Shown here in pieces: positions 1-9,555 of a DNA stretch of 64,000 nt. Within the stretch, counting starts at the first letter, position 1. Every line of letters starts with the position of its first letter. A program made the translations under genes and the position numbers. The DNA lies in assembly GCA_027621365.1 (NCBI GenBank), contig JAQCBH010000005.1:54658-118657 (forward strand). The letters are read 5' to 3'. This stretch comes from Bacteroidota bacterium (GTDB taxonomy: Bacteria; Bacteroidota; Bacteroidia; NS11-12g; UBA955). The notes beneath the pieces were generated by a model. The model made no database searches, was not told the DNA's origin, and was given only the letters and a program-made list of their open reading frames with translations.

Positions 1-887
1 GGATCAATCAGCTGATGGCAATAACGGCCTTGGCAATCGGCGATGCGCTCCATTCCGGGCAATGGGTAATCTCGACCCAAAACGTTGTGAGGGTATTTGT
101 AGGCCCAGAGCCAATCGGGCAAACCGGGATTGGGCTTGAGGTTGGTTACCCCCCAATCTCCGTCACCTGAAAAGTGGCATCCGAAGCGACCCACGCCGTA
201 GGCCAACATCATGGCAGGCCCACCCGCATCTAGCACATAGCGCCAGTTCAATCCCTTGCGGTTTGAGTACACCAAAACAGCGGCAGCGCCACCGATGAGG
301 CCCCCGTAAAAGGTCCATCCGCCGGAGGTGAACAAGTCAACCAAGAGCGTGTCCAAGCGAAACGTATCCAAGTTTTCCAACAGGTGGAACACCTTGGCTC
401 CCAAAAAGCCAAAGAGCAAGGCAGCCGTAGTAATAGCCCCCATGTGGTAGGAAGCGTCTTCCTGAGAAATGCGTTCAACCGGCTTAGGCAAACGCTGTTT
501 TTTGTCTTCTCGGTAACGCCAGGCCAGAAAAGCGGCCGCACAAACCAGACCCCAGAGCAGACTGCCCTCGCTGGTGGCCAAATGCTCTTGAGGCACAAAG
601 CCTTCGCCCGACTGCGTCATGACCCACAACACTTTGTAGCCAAACAGGAAGGCAAACAAGCCATTAAGGGCGTAGTCAGAGGCGGGATACGCCTGGCCGG
701 ATACCGTTTTCACGGCGACAGTGGGCATTTGACCCAAAGCCGTGCGACGCTTGAACTCGGCCGCCATGACCGCGAATGCCGCGCCGATGGCCAAGGCCAC
801 GAAAAAGCCAAAGGTGTTGACCATTTCCAGGGCGTGAATATTCAAGCCCAACAGGTCTTTCAATGCATGGTACAGGGTCGGAAACAC
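1..887 (-). CDS. lgt: Prolipoprotein diacylglyceryl transferase (Lgt). The 3' end (C-terminus) runs off the window edge, and the start is probably a GTG/TTG near 887-911 because no in-frame ATG exists before the ATG at 824.
   Basis: I translated the third minus frame by hand and it is an uninterrupted polytopic membrane protein. It contains FTSGGWTFYGGLIGGAAAV and YGVGRFGCHFSGDGDWG, which resemble the Lgt G-rich signature and GRxGNFxNGE motifs. It sits in the same frame directly after the mtaB stop at 933-935. The ORF track omits it because it is edge-truncated. Confidence 0.5.
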   Translation of the reverse strand, partial: MFPTLYHALKDLLGLNIHALEMVNTFGFFVALAIGAAFAVMAAEFKRRTALGQMPTVAVKTVSGQAYPASDYALNGLFAFLFGYKVLWVMTQSGEGFVPQEHLATSEGSLLWGLVCAAAFLAWRYREDKKQRLPKPVERISQEDASYHMGAITTAALLFGFLGAKVFHLLENLDTFRLDTLLVDLFTSGGWTFYGGLIGGAAAVLVYSNRKGLNWRYVLDAGGPAMMLAYGVGRFGCHFSGDGDWGVTNLKPNPGLPDWLWAYKYPHNVLGRDYPLPGMERIADCQGRYCHQLID

Positions 888-932
888 GCTGCAAATTACA
901 ACCCGGTGCACGGGCCACAAAACCTCAGGAGG

Positions 933-2225
933 TTAATTTACAATCAAGCCACTGGCGTTCGTTTCGGCGTCGAGCCGTTCGAGTTGGACCGGCACAACCG
1001 TATTGACCAACAAGGGATCATAGGCGGCTTGCACTTTGACATAATTCTCGGTAAAACCCTGCATGATGCCTTTTCGGTCTTCGGTTTCGAACAGCACATT
1101 CAAGGTCTTTCCCAATTGAGATTCGGCAAATTGACGGCGCTTTTTCTCGCTCAAACTGCGCAGCTGAGTGACCCTGTCTTGCCGAACACCCAAAGGAACC
1201 CGACCGGCCATTTTCCGCGCGGTGGTATTTGGGCGCTCGCTGTATGGGAACACATGGAAATAGGATACGTCTAGGTCGTGAACGAAGTCGAACGTGTCCT
1301 GGAAATGCTCGTCGGTTTCTCCGGGAAAGCCCACAATGATGTCTACCCCAATACAGGCCTGAGGCATGAGTTCTTTGATCAGGGCTACCCGAGAGGCGTA
1401 TACATGGCGCAGGTATTTGCGGCGCATGCGCTGCAGTATCTCATCGTTTCCACTTTGCAGCGGAATGTGAAAATGCGGCACAAATTTTTGGCTTTGGGCC
1501 ACGAATCGAATGATCTCATCACTCAAGAGATTGGGTTCAATGCTCGATATGCGAAAGCGCTCGATTCCGTCGATTTTGTCCAATTCTTGAACCAACTCGT
1601 AAAAGGTCTGACCGTGACCCACACCGAAATCACCCAAATTCACGCCGGTCAACACCACTTCTTTGGCCCCACTTAGAGCGGCTTCTTCTACCTTCTTGAC
1701 AGTTTCAGCAATGTCAGCACTGCGGCTGCGACCGCGGGCCAGCGGAATGGTGCAAAAGGTGCAGAAATAATCGCAGCCATCTTGAACCTTCAGGAAACTG
1801 CGGGTGCGATCGCCTTCTGAGAATCCGGGCACGAATTCGCGGGTTTCTTTGATGGGTTGGTTGTAGGTGCGGGCTTTCTCTTCTTTGCTCAAACTGTGCA
1901 AATGATCCAGCAACTGAAACTTTTCAGCAGCGCCCAACACCAAGTCAACACCCGGTATCTCGGCGATCTCTTGGGGCTTCAACTGAGCGTAACAACCCAC
2001 GACAACCACATAGGCCTGTGGGTTGTAGCGCAGGGCCTCAGCCACAACCTTTTTGCATTTGCGATCAGCGTGATCGGTCACGCTGCAGGTATTGATCACA
2101 TACAAGTCGGCAGCATCTTGAAATTCCTTTCGCTCAAATCCCTTTTCAGCCAACTGCTTGGCCATGGTAGAACTCTCTGAAAAATTGAGTTTGCAACCGA
2201 GGGTGTAAAAGGCGACGCTGGGCAT
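933..2225 (-). CDS. mtaB: MiaB-family radical-SAM methylthiotransferase (MtaB-like tRNA t6A37 methylthiotransferase).
   Basis: N-terminal YTLGCKLNFSE (MTTase domain). CDYFCTFCTIPLARGRSRS (CxxxCxxC radical-SAM motif). TRAM-like C-terminus. 430 aa. Confidence 0.85.
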   Translation of the reverse strand: MPSVAFYTLGCKLNFSESSTMAKQLAEKGFERKEFQDAADLYVINTCSVTDHADRKCKKVVAEALRYNPQAYVVVVGCYAQLKPQEIAEIPGVDLVLGAAEKFQLLDHLHSLSKEEKARTYNQPIKETREFVPGFSEGDRTRSFLKVQDGCDYFCTFCTIPLARGRSRSADIAETVKKVEEAALSGAKEVVLTGVNLGDFGVGHGQTFYELVQELDKIDGIERFRISSIEPNLLSDEIIRFVAQSQKFVPHFHIPLQSGNDEILQRMRRKYLRHVYASRVALIKELMPQACIGVDIIVGFPGETDEHFQDTFDFVHDLDVSYFHVFPYSERPNTTARKMAGRVPLGVRQDRVTQLRSLSEKKRRQFAESQLGKTLNVLFETEDRKGIMQGFTENYVKVQAAYDPLLVNTVVPVQLERLDAETNASGLIVN

Positions 2226-2258
2226 GTTTGATCCGAACAGGATGTTGGCAGCGCAAAG

Positions 2259-2960
2259 TTAAAACAGCAACCCGAACTGCAAGGCCCAGGTTGAAATGCG
2301 CAGCCCATTACCTGTCACGGGCGCCAAACCTTCTAAGGCAAAATTGTCATTCAAGTCGTTGATGCCCACGTTTAGGGACCATTGAATTCCTGTTGAATTC
2401 CCGCGGGTTTGGTAGCCCAAATGCAGGGCGGTTTCTATGGGCTTTAAGGGAAGGTTTTCCCACTGGTCTAGAAAGATATCGGCTTGAGCAGGTATGCGGT
2501 TGGGGCCTTTGAAAATCACAGAGCGGAAATTCAATGAGGTTACCGCCCCCACCTGGAAGCATCGGTACTGGTCCTTGACCTTGGGCTTCAAGCGAATGTT
2601 TATCAATACGGGGGCATCCAAACTGATAAGGGAGATACGGGTGTACGCCGAATTGATGACGGTATCGGTGGGGCGGGCATTGGCAAAATTGCTACCTCGA
2701 AGGCGCAGGTCAAGGCCCAATTGGGGGTCCCACTTGCGCTTCAGCGTGGCATCACCGTGCCAAAAAAAGCCGGTTTGGTAACCGAGCAAGGGCCTGGGGT
2801 TGCGCAACTCCCCTCCATACATGCTGTTGAGGCCAATGCCCATCTTGAGTCCAAAATTTTGGCGCTTTTCCCATTCTCGGTCCACACTGGCATCTTGGGC
2901 GAGCCCGAGGCGGCAGCCGAGGGCGCTCCATGCGATCAGTATGACGAGGCGTAGGTTCAT
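2259..2960 (-). CDS. Outer-membrane beta-barrel protein (PorT/OmpA-like small barrel family). The start was re-placed at MNLRLVILIAW.
   Basis: Signal peptide MNLRLVILIAWSALGCRLGLAQ. Alternating amphipathic beta-strands rich in G/Y/N. The C-terminal aromatic residue (…FGLLF) is typical of OM barrels. Confidence 0.6.
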   Translation of the reverse strand: MNLRLVILIAWSALGCRLGLAQDASVDREWEKRQNFGLKMGIGLNSMYGGELRNPRPLLGYQTGFFWHGDATLKRKWDPQLGLDLRLRGSNFANARPTDTVINSAYTRISLISLDAPVLINIRLKPKVKDQYRCFQVGAVTSLNFRSVIFKGPNRIPAQADIFLDQWENLPLKPIETALHLGYQTRGNSTGIQWSLNVGINDLNDNFALEGLAPVTGNGLRISTWALQFGLLF

Positions 2961-2961
2961 G

Positions 2962-4800
2962 CTACAGTTTTTTTCCTTTGAGGGCTTCAGAAACCGCGAT
3001 GTCCATGATGCGCTCGGCAAATGGCTTAGTCACCTCATTCAAAGCCTCAATGGAAGCTAGCAATCGGTTGCGATCTCCTTGTGACAATAGACCCCTTAAC
3101 TCATCGCATCGTTGCCGCGTGACCTGAATTTCTTCAGTCGACAAATGTTGATCATGCTTTTCCAAGAAGCGCTCGGTGGCATACAAAATTTGTTGAGCTT
3201 CGTTTTGAGCCTCTGTCAGCATGCGTTCTTCCAAATCGCTTTGAGCATGTTGCATGCTCTCCAACAAACGCTTTTCGACTTCTGAATCGGTCAATCCGTA
3301 TTGGGACTTGACTTCAATACTTTGCTCCATTCCACTTCGCAATTCTTTGGCACTCACTTGGAGCAAACCGTTGGCATCGATGGCAAAACTGATTTGAATT
3401 TTGGGCAAACCGGCGGGCATGGCTGGAATTCCAGAGAGAACAAACTCTCCCAACTTCCGGTTGTGTAGCACCGATTCGCGTTCGCCTTGGAATACGGCAA
3501 TTTTCAGGTTCACCTGACCGTCGACCGAAGTAGTGTATTCCCGGGCCAAACGGGTCGGGATCTTGCTGTTTCGGGGAATGATGACATCCATCAAATTTCC
3601 AGCTGTCTCAATTCCCAATGACAAAGGCGTAACATCCAGAAGAAGGACATCGGTTCTATTTCCGGCCAACACATCGGCTTCGATGGCTGCCCCTAGAGCG
3701 ACTACCTCATCGGGATTCACTTCGCTGTTCACTCGGCAGTGATCAAATCGCTTTGCCAATTGGCGGGCAATTTCCGGGAATCGAGTACTTCCACCAACCA
3801 AAACGACTTCATCGATATCGGTTTCAACCAGTTCACTCAAGGACAAGGCTTTGTCTACCGATTTCCAGGTGGTTTGCATCCACGGTTCTGCCAGTTCACA
3901 CAACTGGGCGTAATTCAGCTCCAAGCTGACATCGGCATTGAATTCTGCCGAAAAAAGACTTTCTGCATCTCGACTCAACTGCATTTTGGCTCGTTCGGCT
4001 ATGTGTTGCAAGCGTATGCCATTGTCTATGCCCTGAAGAGAATGTTCTGCCATCCACCATTGAGCAATTCGAAGATCCAAATCATCTCCGCCCAATGCAG
4101 TATCTCCGTGAGTAGCCAGCACTTCAAACACCCCATCTTCCAAGTGGAGTATGCTCACATCAAAGGTTCCACCCCCTAAGTCATAGACCAATATGGTGCG
4201 GGATTCGGTACCGATATTCAACCCGTAAGCCAAACTTGCCGCGGTTGGCTCATTCACTATGCGCAAAACCTCCAAGCCAGCCAATTTTCCGGCATCCCGA
4301 GTGGCTTGACGCTGGGAATCATTGAAGTAGGCAGGCACCGTGATCACTGCCTTACTGACCGACTGACCCAAAGCCCCTTCGGCCTTTCGCTTGAGTTCTT
4401 TCAAAATCAAGGAAGACAGGTGAATGGGATCGTAGTAGCGACCATCGACCTCTACTTGAACCAAGGCTTCTTCACTGGTTTCCACCAAGCGGTAACCCCA
4501 GTATTTTTGAACATCTTGAGCGCTCTTTCCAAGCAATCGCTTCACGCTTCGCACGCAGCGCTCAGGCTGGGACTCCAAAGCTTCCCAGGCCCTTTTACCT
4601 ACCAATGGTTCTGCCCCGTTTTCGGGGAAAAACAAAACCGAGGGGGTTAATCGACCCTCAGCAGATTCCAAAATTTGGGGATCCCGCTCTCCCGATGGCA
4701 CCCAAGCCACCAAACTGTTGGTAGTTCCCAAATCAATCCCCAAAACCGGTTCCGACTTCGACAACGACCCTTGCTTGATATTAATGCTTATTTTGGCCAT
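2962..4800 (-). CDS. Hsp70-family chaperone (DnaK/HscA-like). The start was placed at MAKISINIK.
   Basis: IDLGTTNS (phosphate-1 motif). [12 protein letters not shown] (phosphate-2 motif). Substrate-binding and lid domains. About 612 aa. Confidence 0.85.
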   Translation of the reverse strand: MAKISINIKQGSLSKSEPVLGIDLGTTNSLVAWVPSGERDPQILESAEGRLTPSVLFFPENGAEPLVGKRAWEALESQPERCVRSVKRLLGKSAQDVQKYWGYRLVETSEEALVQVEVDGRYYDPIHLSSLILKELKRKAEGALGQSVSKAVITVPAYFNDSQRQATRDAGKLAGLEVLRIVNEPTAASLAYGLNIGTESRTILVYDLGGGTFDVSILHLEDGVFEVLATHGDTALGGDDLDLRIAQWWMAEHSLQGIDNGIRLQHIAERAKMQLSRDAESLFSAEFNADVSLELNYAQLCELAEPWMQTTWKSVDKALSLSELVETDIDEVVLVGGSTRFPEIARQLAKRFDHCRVNSEVNPDEVVALGAAIEADVLAGNRTDVLLLDVTPLSLGIETAGNLMDVIIPRNSKIPTRLAREYTTSVDGQVNLKIAVFQGERESVLHNRKLGEFVLSGIPAMPAGLPKIQISFAIDANGLLQVSAKELRSGMEQSIEVKSQYGLTDSEVEKRLLESMQHAQSDLEERMLTEAQNEAQQILYATERFLEKHDQHLSTEEIQVTRQRCDELRGLLSQGDRNRLLASIEALNEVTKPFAERIMDIAVSEALKGKKL

Positions 4801-4804
4801 GACG

Positions 4805-4812
4805 CAAAGGTA
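4805..4812 (-). promoter_or_regulatory. Putative Bacteroidota sigma-A -7 box (TACCTTTG) 4 nt upstream of the Hsp70 start. It is the left arm of an 11-bp inverted repeat.
   Basis: The minus strand reads GAGTACCTTTGcgtcATG. This matches the TAnnTTTG consensus established for Bacteroides promoters. Confidence 0.3.
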
Positions 4813-4911
4813 CTCCAGGCAAACGGAACCCACGAATGCAGAACCCGAAACCCCACGGGGCGTTTGACAATTTTATGACGAGTCAAAAACGAGCCTGCCC
4901 GAGGCCTAGAG

Positions 4912-4919
4912 TACCTTTG
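4912..4919 (+). promoter_or_regulatory. Putative -7 box (TACCTTTG) 7 nt upstream of the ATG at 4927. It is the right arm of the inverted repeat.
   Basis: GAGTACCTTTGtagcgccATG. Matches TAnnTTTG. Confidence 0.3.
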
Positions 4920-4926
4920 TAGCGCC

Positions 4927-6219
4927 ATGAGTCGCAGCCTAAATAAAATCGCTAAACTTCTTTTTTTCATATCCATAATAGCCTCACAAACAAAGGCTTA
5001 TGGGCAGTTGATCGTCGACAGCGTTACGTTGGGCTTGAATTTTTCCAATGAAGTTTTCTATTCCTTGAGCAAAGGCGAAACCAAAGCAAGTGGAATCTCA
5101 GATTGGGACATGGCTCATACGACGGTATCGCGAGACAATTGCTTGCGCTTGAATCACGTGAAAGGCTGGGAGCTTCGCCAATACCCCAATGGAAGCATTG
5201 CCGATTGGTCAAGCATGGACACCAGCAATTGGAAGTCTTGGCCCATGTATTTCAATTCGCCTGAAAACCATCTATTGGGCGCCTTCAATCGCACCAAAAA
5301 CAGCAAAAACGTATGGGACTTTTCTTGGGGAGTCTACAACCCCAATACCCATGAGGTGGTGGGTGACTCTTTGTTCCTATTGATTAAGGATGGCCAACCC
5401 GTCATGAAATTCTGGCCGGTCGTCCAAAAAATCAATGGCGACCTGATCTTTCAAACCCAAACCTTTGATGGTAGACCCGCCAAGAAAGACACCCTTTTGC
5501 AGAGCGTGGCAGGAAAACGCCACCACAAGTACCATTCCTTTGTTCAAGGCCAATTCAATGTGGAGCCTTTAAAAGATGAATGGGACTTGCGGTTCACCCA
5601 GTATGCCGAACCCCGGTGGGATGCGACCCAGAATGTTTGGTATCCCAACATCGTTGTCGGGGTGCAGTCCTCGCCAAGTTTACGGGTGAAGCCGATTGAG
5701 AATCACTCTTGGCAATGGGCCTTGGATTCTTCTTGGTCTTACCAGGGTGCGACTTTCTTTGATCTGAATTCCATTGGATCGAACTGGAAGGCATTGGATA
5801 GCCAATCTCAAACTTGGTCGGTGAAACCCGAGTTGAGTTATTGGTTGGACAACGACAGCACCCAGGCGATTTTTCATTTCCTCAAGTTCGAGGGCGAAAA
5901 CACAGGCAAGATTGTCTTTGAGTTTTGGCCATTGGCCCAGACCTTGAACCTTATTGAACCCAAAACTCTAGACATGGCCAAGGCCTTCCCTAACCCAGTT
6001 TTGGATCAATTGATCGTTCCTATTTCTTCCCTTGAAGCGGCCGAATTGACCCTTTTCAACAGCCAAGGCCAATGCGTTGCGCGTTCCGGACAAATCACTC
6101 TTAAAAATGGCTCAGCTCCCATCATTGCTATGCCTATCCAGCACCTACCGAGTGGTAGGTATGTGCTAAAAATTGCCCAAAACGGTCAAGTTTACAGCCA
6201 AACCATCATCAAGCTTTGA
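4927..6219 (+). CDS. Secreted HmuY-like protein carrying a T9SS C-terminal sorting domain.
   Basis: Sec signal KLLFFISIIASQTKAYGQ. WDMAH and WDLRF motifs. The C-terminal ~80 aa (…RYVLKIAQNGQVYSQTIIKL) is a typical Por-secretion tail. The stop overlaps the receptor's start by 4 bp. Confidence 0.7.
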   Translation: MSRSLNKIAKLLFFISIIASQTKAYGQLIVDSVTLGLNFSNEVFYSLSKGETKASGISDWDMAHTTVSRDNCLRLNHVKGWELRQYPNGSIADWSSMDTSNWKSWPMYFNSPENHLLGAFNRTKNSKNVWDFSWGVYNPNTHEVVGDSLFLLIKDGQPVMKFWPVVQKINGDLIFQTQTFDGRPAKKDTLLQSVAGKRHHKYHSFVQGQFNVEPLKDEWDLRFTQYAEPRWDATQNVWYPNIVVGVQSSPSLRVKPIENHSWQWALDSSWSYQGATFFDLNSIGSNWKALDSQSQTWSVKPELSYWLDNDSTQAIFHFLKFEGENTGKIVFEFWPLAQTLNLIEPKTLDMAKAFPNPVLDQLIVPISSLEAAELTLFNSQGQCVARSGQITLKNGSAPIIAMPIQHLPSGRYVLKIAQNGQVYSQTIIKL

Positions 6220-8510
6220 GACGCCTTCGATTGCTTTTGCTTCTGACGGCCTTGGGGCTGCCCTTGGCCATTTTTGGACAACCCAAATTTGTGGAGAAGC
6301 GCGCGGCCAGTGACAGCAGCTTGCAATTGAACATCGTCAATTCTCAAGGGCAAGTTGTGGGTCTTTGCCAAGTAACGGTTCATCCCCTGGGCAACCCACA
6401 GAGTTATTGGTTTCAAACCGACAGCTTGAGCCAGGTTCGCATTCCCCATATGCTGCCTAGCGAGATTGAAGTCGTTCCTCAGAATCTAGCCTATCTCAAT
6501 CAGCTTTTTACGGTAGAAACCGTTCCAGCAGAGGGCGAGATTACCCTGACCTTAACCAAAAGAGACGAACGCATTGACCCCATTTCCATCACAGGGGCCG
6601 TCAACCCGCAGGCCATCAGCAAAACCCTGTATTCGGTCGAGGTCATCTCCTCCAAGAAAATTGCCGCTATGGGCGCCCAGAGCGTGGATGCAGTTCTCCA
6701 AAATCAATCCAACATCAACATTACACAAGATGCTGTACTAGGCAGCAGGGTTCAGTTGCAGGGCATGAGCGGAGCAGACGTCAAAATTCTCATTGACGGC
6801 GTCCCCATGATTGGCCGATTGAACGGCAACATCGATTTGTCTCAAATCCCCACCCACCAAATCGATCGCATTGAAATCGTCGAAGGCCCCATGAGTGTCA
6901 TTTACGGATCAGATGCCATCGGCGGTTTGATCAACATCATTTCCAAAAAGCCCGATCAACCCGGTCTGCATTTGGACGCCCACGCCTATGGCAATAGCGT
7001 CGGATGGAGAAACTTTGATGCGAGTGGGCAATGGAGGTACAAGAATTGGGGCATTTCTGGATTTGCGGGACGTCAGTTTTCGTATGGTTATGATATGGAC
7101 CCTAGTACCCGATTGATAGACTGGAGACCCAAGACTAAAATTTTCAGCGGGGCCCAGCTCCAATACCGAGCCGACAAGGCCGAACACCAATGGAAAGTTC
7201 AGCATTTCTATGAAAAGTTGACCGACCGCAGCAATGCTGAATCCAATTTGACCTCGGTTGGCGGCTACACCAACTACTACTACACTGAACGACTGGATTT
7301 CAGTCACAACAGCTTGATTCACTTGGGCCCAAACTGCGATTTGAATTGGCAAAACAGCGCCAATTTTTACAACCGCGACAAGGTTTCTTATTGGAGAAAT
7401 TTGGTGACAGGAAAACAAAACCTAACAGGCCCAGAAGACCAGGACACTACCCTTAACAGGCAGTTGAATAGCCGTGCCATCTTAGGTTCAAGAGGCAGCC
7501 ACCGATTGAATTGGCTTACCGGGTATGAGGCCAATGCTGAGACCTTGAGCAGCCACCGCATCAAAGGCCTTTCGCCGCTTTATTCCATAGCCCTGTTTGC
7601 CAGTGCAGAATGGCACATTCGCTCTTGGTGGCAAATTCGACCATCTGCCCGATGGGCACTCAACAATCAATTTGGCCGAGCCCTATCCAGCGAATCTCCG
7701 TGGAACATCTCCCCGTTCATCCCTTCTATTCAAAGCAAATGGCAAATCAGTCCCCATTTGACCTTGCGAGGATCAGCTGCCAAAGCTTTCCGAGCTCCCA
7801 GTTTGAAAGAGTTGTACTTCTTGTTTGTCGACATCAACCATAACATTCACGGCAACACTCAACTTCAACCCGAGTTGAGCGACAATTACACGGCCACCAT
7901 CGAATACCGCCATTCTTTTGCCAGTGGCTTAGGGGCCGTTTTCAAGACCAACTGGTTCTACAACAACGTAGACAATCGCATTGAACTGGCGCTCTTGGAC
8001 CAGCGATACAACTATTACCAGTACATCAACATAGGCAAACTTCAAACCCAGGGTCTCACTCCTCAATTTGAATACTACGGAGCAAATTGGAGCACCAAGT
8101 TGTCCGGCACTTGGGTGAGGTCGCAGATTCAAATAGATACCAGTAGCCAGCAACAGGGCTGGAATTCTGTTCAGGCCGTTTGGAACCTGGAGTACAATTG
8201 GCCTTCGCCAGACATTAGTGCCAACGTCTACACCAAATTCAATGGCCAACAACGCGGATTTTACTCCAACGGCAGCACCTACTCTATTGAGCAATTCTCC
8301 ATGGTCGATGTTGTCTTGGCCAAAACTTGGCAATGGCAAGCAGGTCAACAGCTTATTCCCATTTCCGTGCAACTGGGCTGCAACAACGCTCTAGGTGTTC
8401 GCCGAATTGGCGCGGTAGGCCTATTCAGCACTCCTCACAATACTGCGTCACAAAATCTCAATATTTCTCCTGGCCGCTCTCTCTTCTTGGCCCTTAAGGT
8501 AACTTTGTAA
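6216..8510 (+). CDS. TonB-dependent outer-membrane receptor (plug plus barrel), possibly heme-type.
   Basis: Signal peptide. Plug motif DRIEIVEGPMSVIYGSDAIGGLINIISKK. About 760 aa, rich in beta-strands. Ends in an aromatic-rich barrel (…LALKVTL). Confidence 0.9.
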   Translation: MRRLRLLLLLTALGLPLAIFGQPKFVEKRAASDSSLQLNIVNSQGQVVGLCQVTVHPLGNPQSYWFQTDSLSQVRIPHMLPSEIEVVPQNLAYLNQLFTVETVPAEGEITLTLTKRDERIDPISITGAVNPQAISKTLYSVEVISSKKIAAMGAQSVDAVLQNQSNINITQDAVLGSRVQLQGMSGADVKILIDGVPMIGRLNGNIDLSQIPTHQIDRIEIVEGPMSVIYGSDAIGGLINIISKKPDQPGLHLDAHAYGNSVGWRNFDASGQWRYKNWGISGFAGRQFSYGYDMDPSTRLIDWRPKTKIFSGAQLQYRADKAEHQWKVQHFYEKLTDRSNAESNLTSVGGYTNYYYTERLDFSHNSLIHLGPNCDLNWQNSANFYNRDKVSYWRNLVTGKQNLTGPEDQDTTLNRQLNSRAILGSRGSHRLNWLTGYEANAETLSSHRIKGLSPLYSIALFASAEWHIRSWWQIRPSARWALNNQFGRALSSESPWNISPFIPSIQSKWQISPHLTLRGSAAKAFRAPSLKELYFLFVDINHNIHGNTQLQPELSDNYTATIEYRHSFASGLGAVFKTNWFYNNVDNRIELALLDQRYNYYQYINIGKLQTQGLTPQFEYYGANWSTKLSGTWVRSQIQIDTSSQQQGWNSVQAVWNLEYNWPSPDISANVYTKFNGQQRGFYSNGSTYSIEQFSMVDVVLAKTWQWQAGQQLIPISVQLGCNNALGVRRIGAVGLFSTPHNTASQNLNISPGRSLFLALKVTL

Positions 8511-8517
8511 GCCCATT

Positions 8518-9555
8518 GTGAAGCGCACATCCCTATTCATTTTCTGGAGTTTTTTAAGCCTAGTTTCATGGTCCCTGACCGCCTGTGAAAAAGAGGAACC
8601 CCTGTATCCTCAACCTCAGGTTCCTGCTGGCCTGCAAACCCGTGAATTTGCGATGGGTGAAAATTATGAAAACCAGATTTGGTTTCATTTTGGCTCTCAA
8701 ACGGGCAGCAGCAATGCCTTCGGCTTGTGGGACATCGCCTTTGCTTGCGATTCCAAACCCCACCTCATCATCAACGGCGGCAAAAACCAGGCCTTTAGCT
8801 TGGCCTCTTTCCCCAATCTGGAATACGGTCAAGTGGACCAGGACCAACTGACCAATGCGAATTGGGCCATCGACGTGCTCAATGGCAACCAAGATTCCCT
8901 CGCCTTCGGCGATCCCTTCCAATACGAATCTCCGGGGCATTACTCGGCTCAATCAGCTGTCTATGTATTGGATCGTGGCGATGATAGCTTGGGCACCCAA
9001 CGATACATTAAAATTCAATTGACGGGCTACAGAGCCGGTGTTTACAGCTTTCGCTGGGGCTACCTCCAAGAAACTACTCCCCGGTTCACCACCTACATGA
9101 AGGTGAATGAGGAAAAAAACTACGTTTACTACTCGTTCGCCAAGAAAAACGACGTGCAAAACGAGCCCCTCCACAAGTCGGCTTGGGATATCGTCTTTAC
9201 GACTTACAAAGAACCTGTACCCGAACCCGGAACTGGCATTTTGTATCCCTATGTTTTGCGCGGGGTTCTGATCAACCCCACCCATTTGCAAGTGTGCGAA
9301 GTAGGACCAGAAACCCCCTTTGAAGCCATGAATTTGGACAAAGCCAAATCCTTGAACTTCAGCCGCAAGTTGAATGAAATTGGTTACGATTGGAAAGCAT
9401 ATGACCAAGGCACCAACCAGTACACCATCGTGCCCAACAAGTACTTTGTCATTCGCGACGTCACTGGCAACTACTTTAAAATTAAATTTGTGAGCTTTTA
9501 TAACGACCAGGGCATCAAGGGTTTTCCGAAAATGGCCTGGGAATATTTAAAATGA
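8518..9555 (+). CDS. HmuY-like lipoprotein.
   Basis: Lipobox LTAC. WDIAF and WDIVF motifs. C-terminal YFKIKFVSFY. Lies immediately downstream of the TonB-dependent receptor. Confidence 0.6.
   Translation: MKRTSLFIFWSFLSLVSWSLTACEKEEPLYPQPQVPAGLQTREFAMGENYENQIWFHFGSQTGSSNAFGLWDIAFACDSKPHLIINGGKNQAFSLASFPNLEYGQVDQDQLTNANWAIDVLNGNQDSLAFGDPFQYESPGHYSAQSAVYVLDRGDDSLGTQRYIKIQLTGYRAGVYSFRWGYLQETTPRFTTYMKVNEEKNYVYYSFAKKNDVQNEPLHKSAWDIVFTTYKEPVPEPGTGILYPYVLRGVLINPTHLQVCEVGPETPFEAMNLDKAKSLNFSRKLNEIGYDWKAYDQGTNQYTIVPNKYFVIRDVTGNYFKIKFVSFYNDQGIKGFPKMAWEYLK

Noticed and set aside
384-1274. 296-aa plus-strand ORF and 116-aa and 80-aa minus-strand ORFs in the track
   Set aside because: They are antisense or out of frame relative to a coherent Lgt membrane protein that I could translate by hand. 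Their products are G/R/Q-rich and have no motifs.
4805-4919. CIRCE (HrcA operator)-like inverted repeat upstream of the Hsp70 gene
   Set aside because: CIRCE is TTAGCACTC-N9-GAGTGCTAA. Here the arms are GAGTACCTTTG with a 93-bp spacer. This fits two divergent -7 promoter boxes better.
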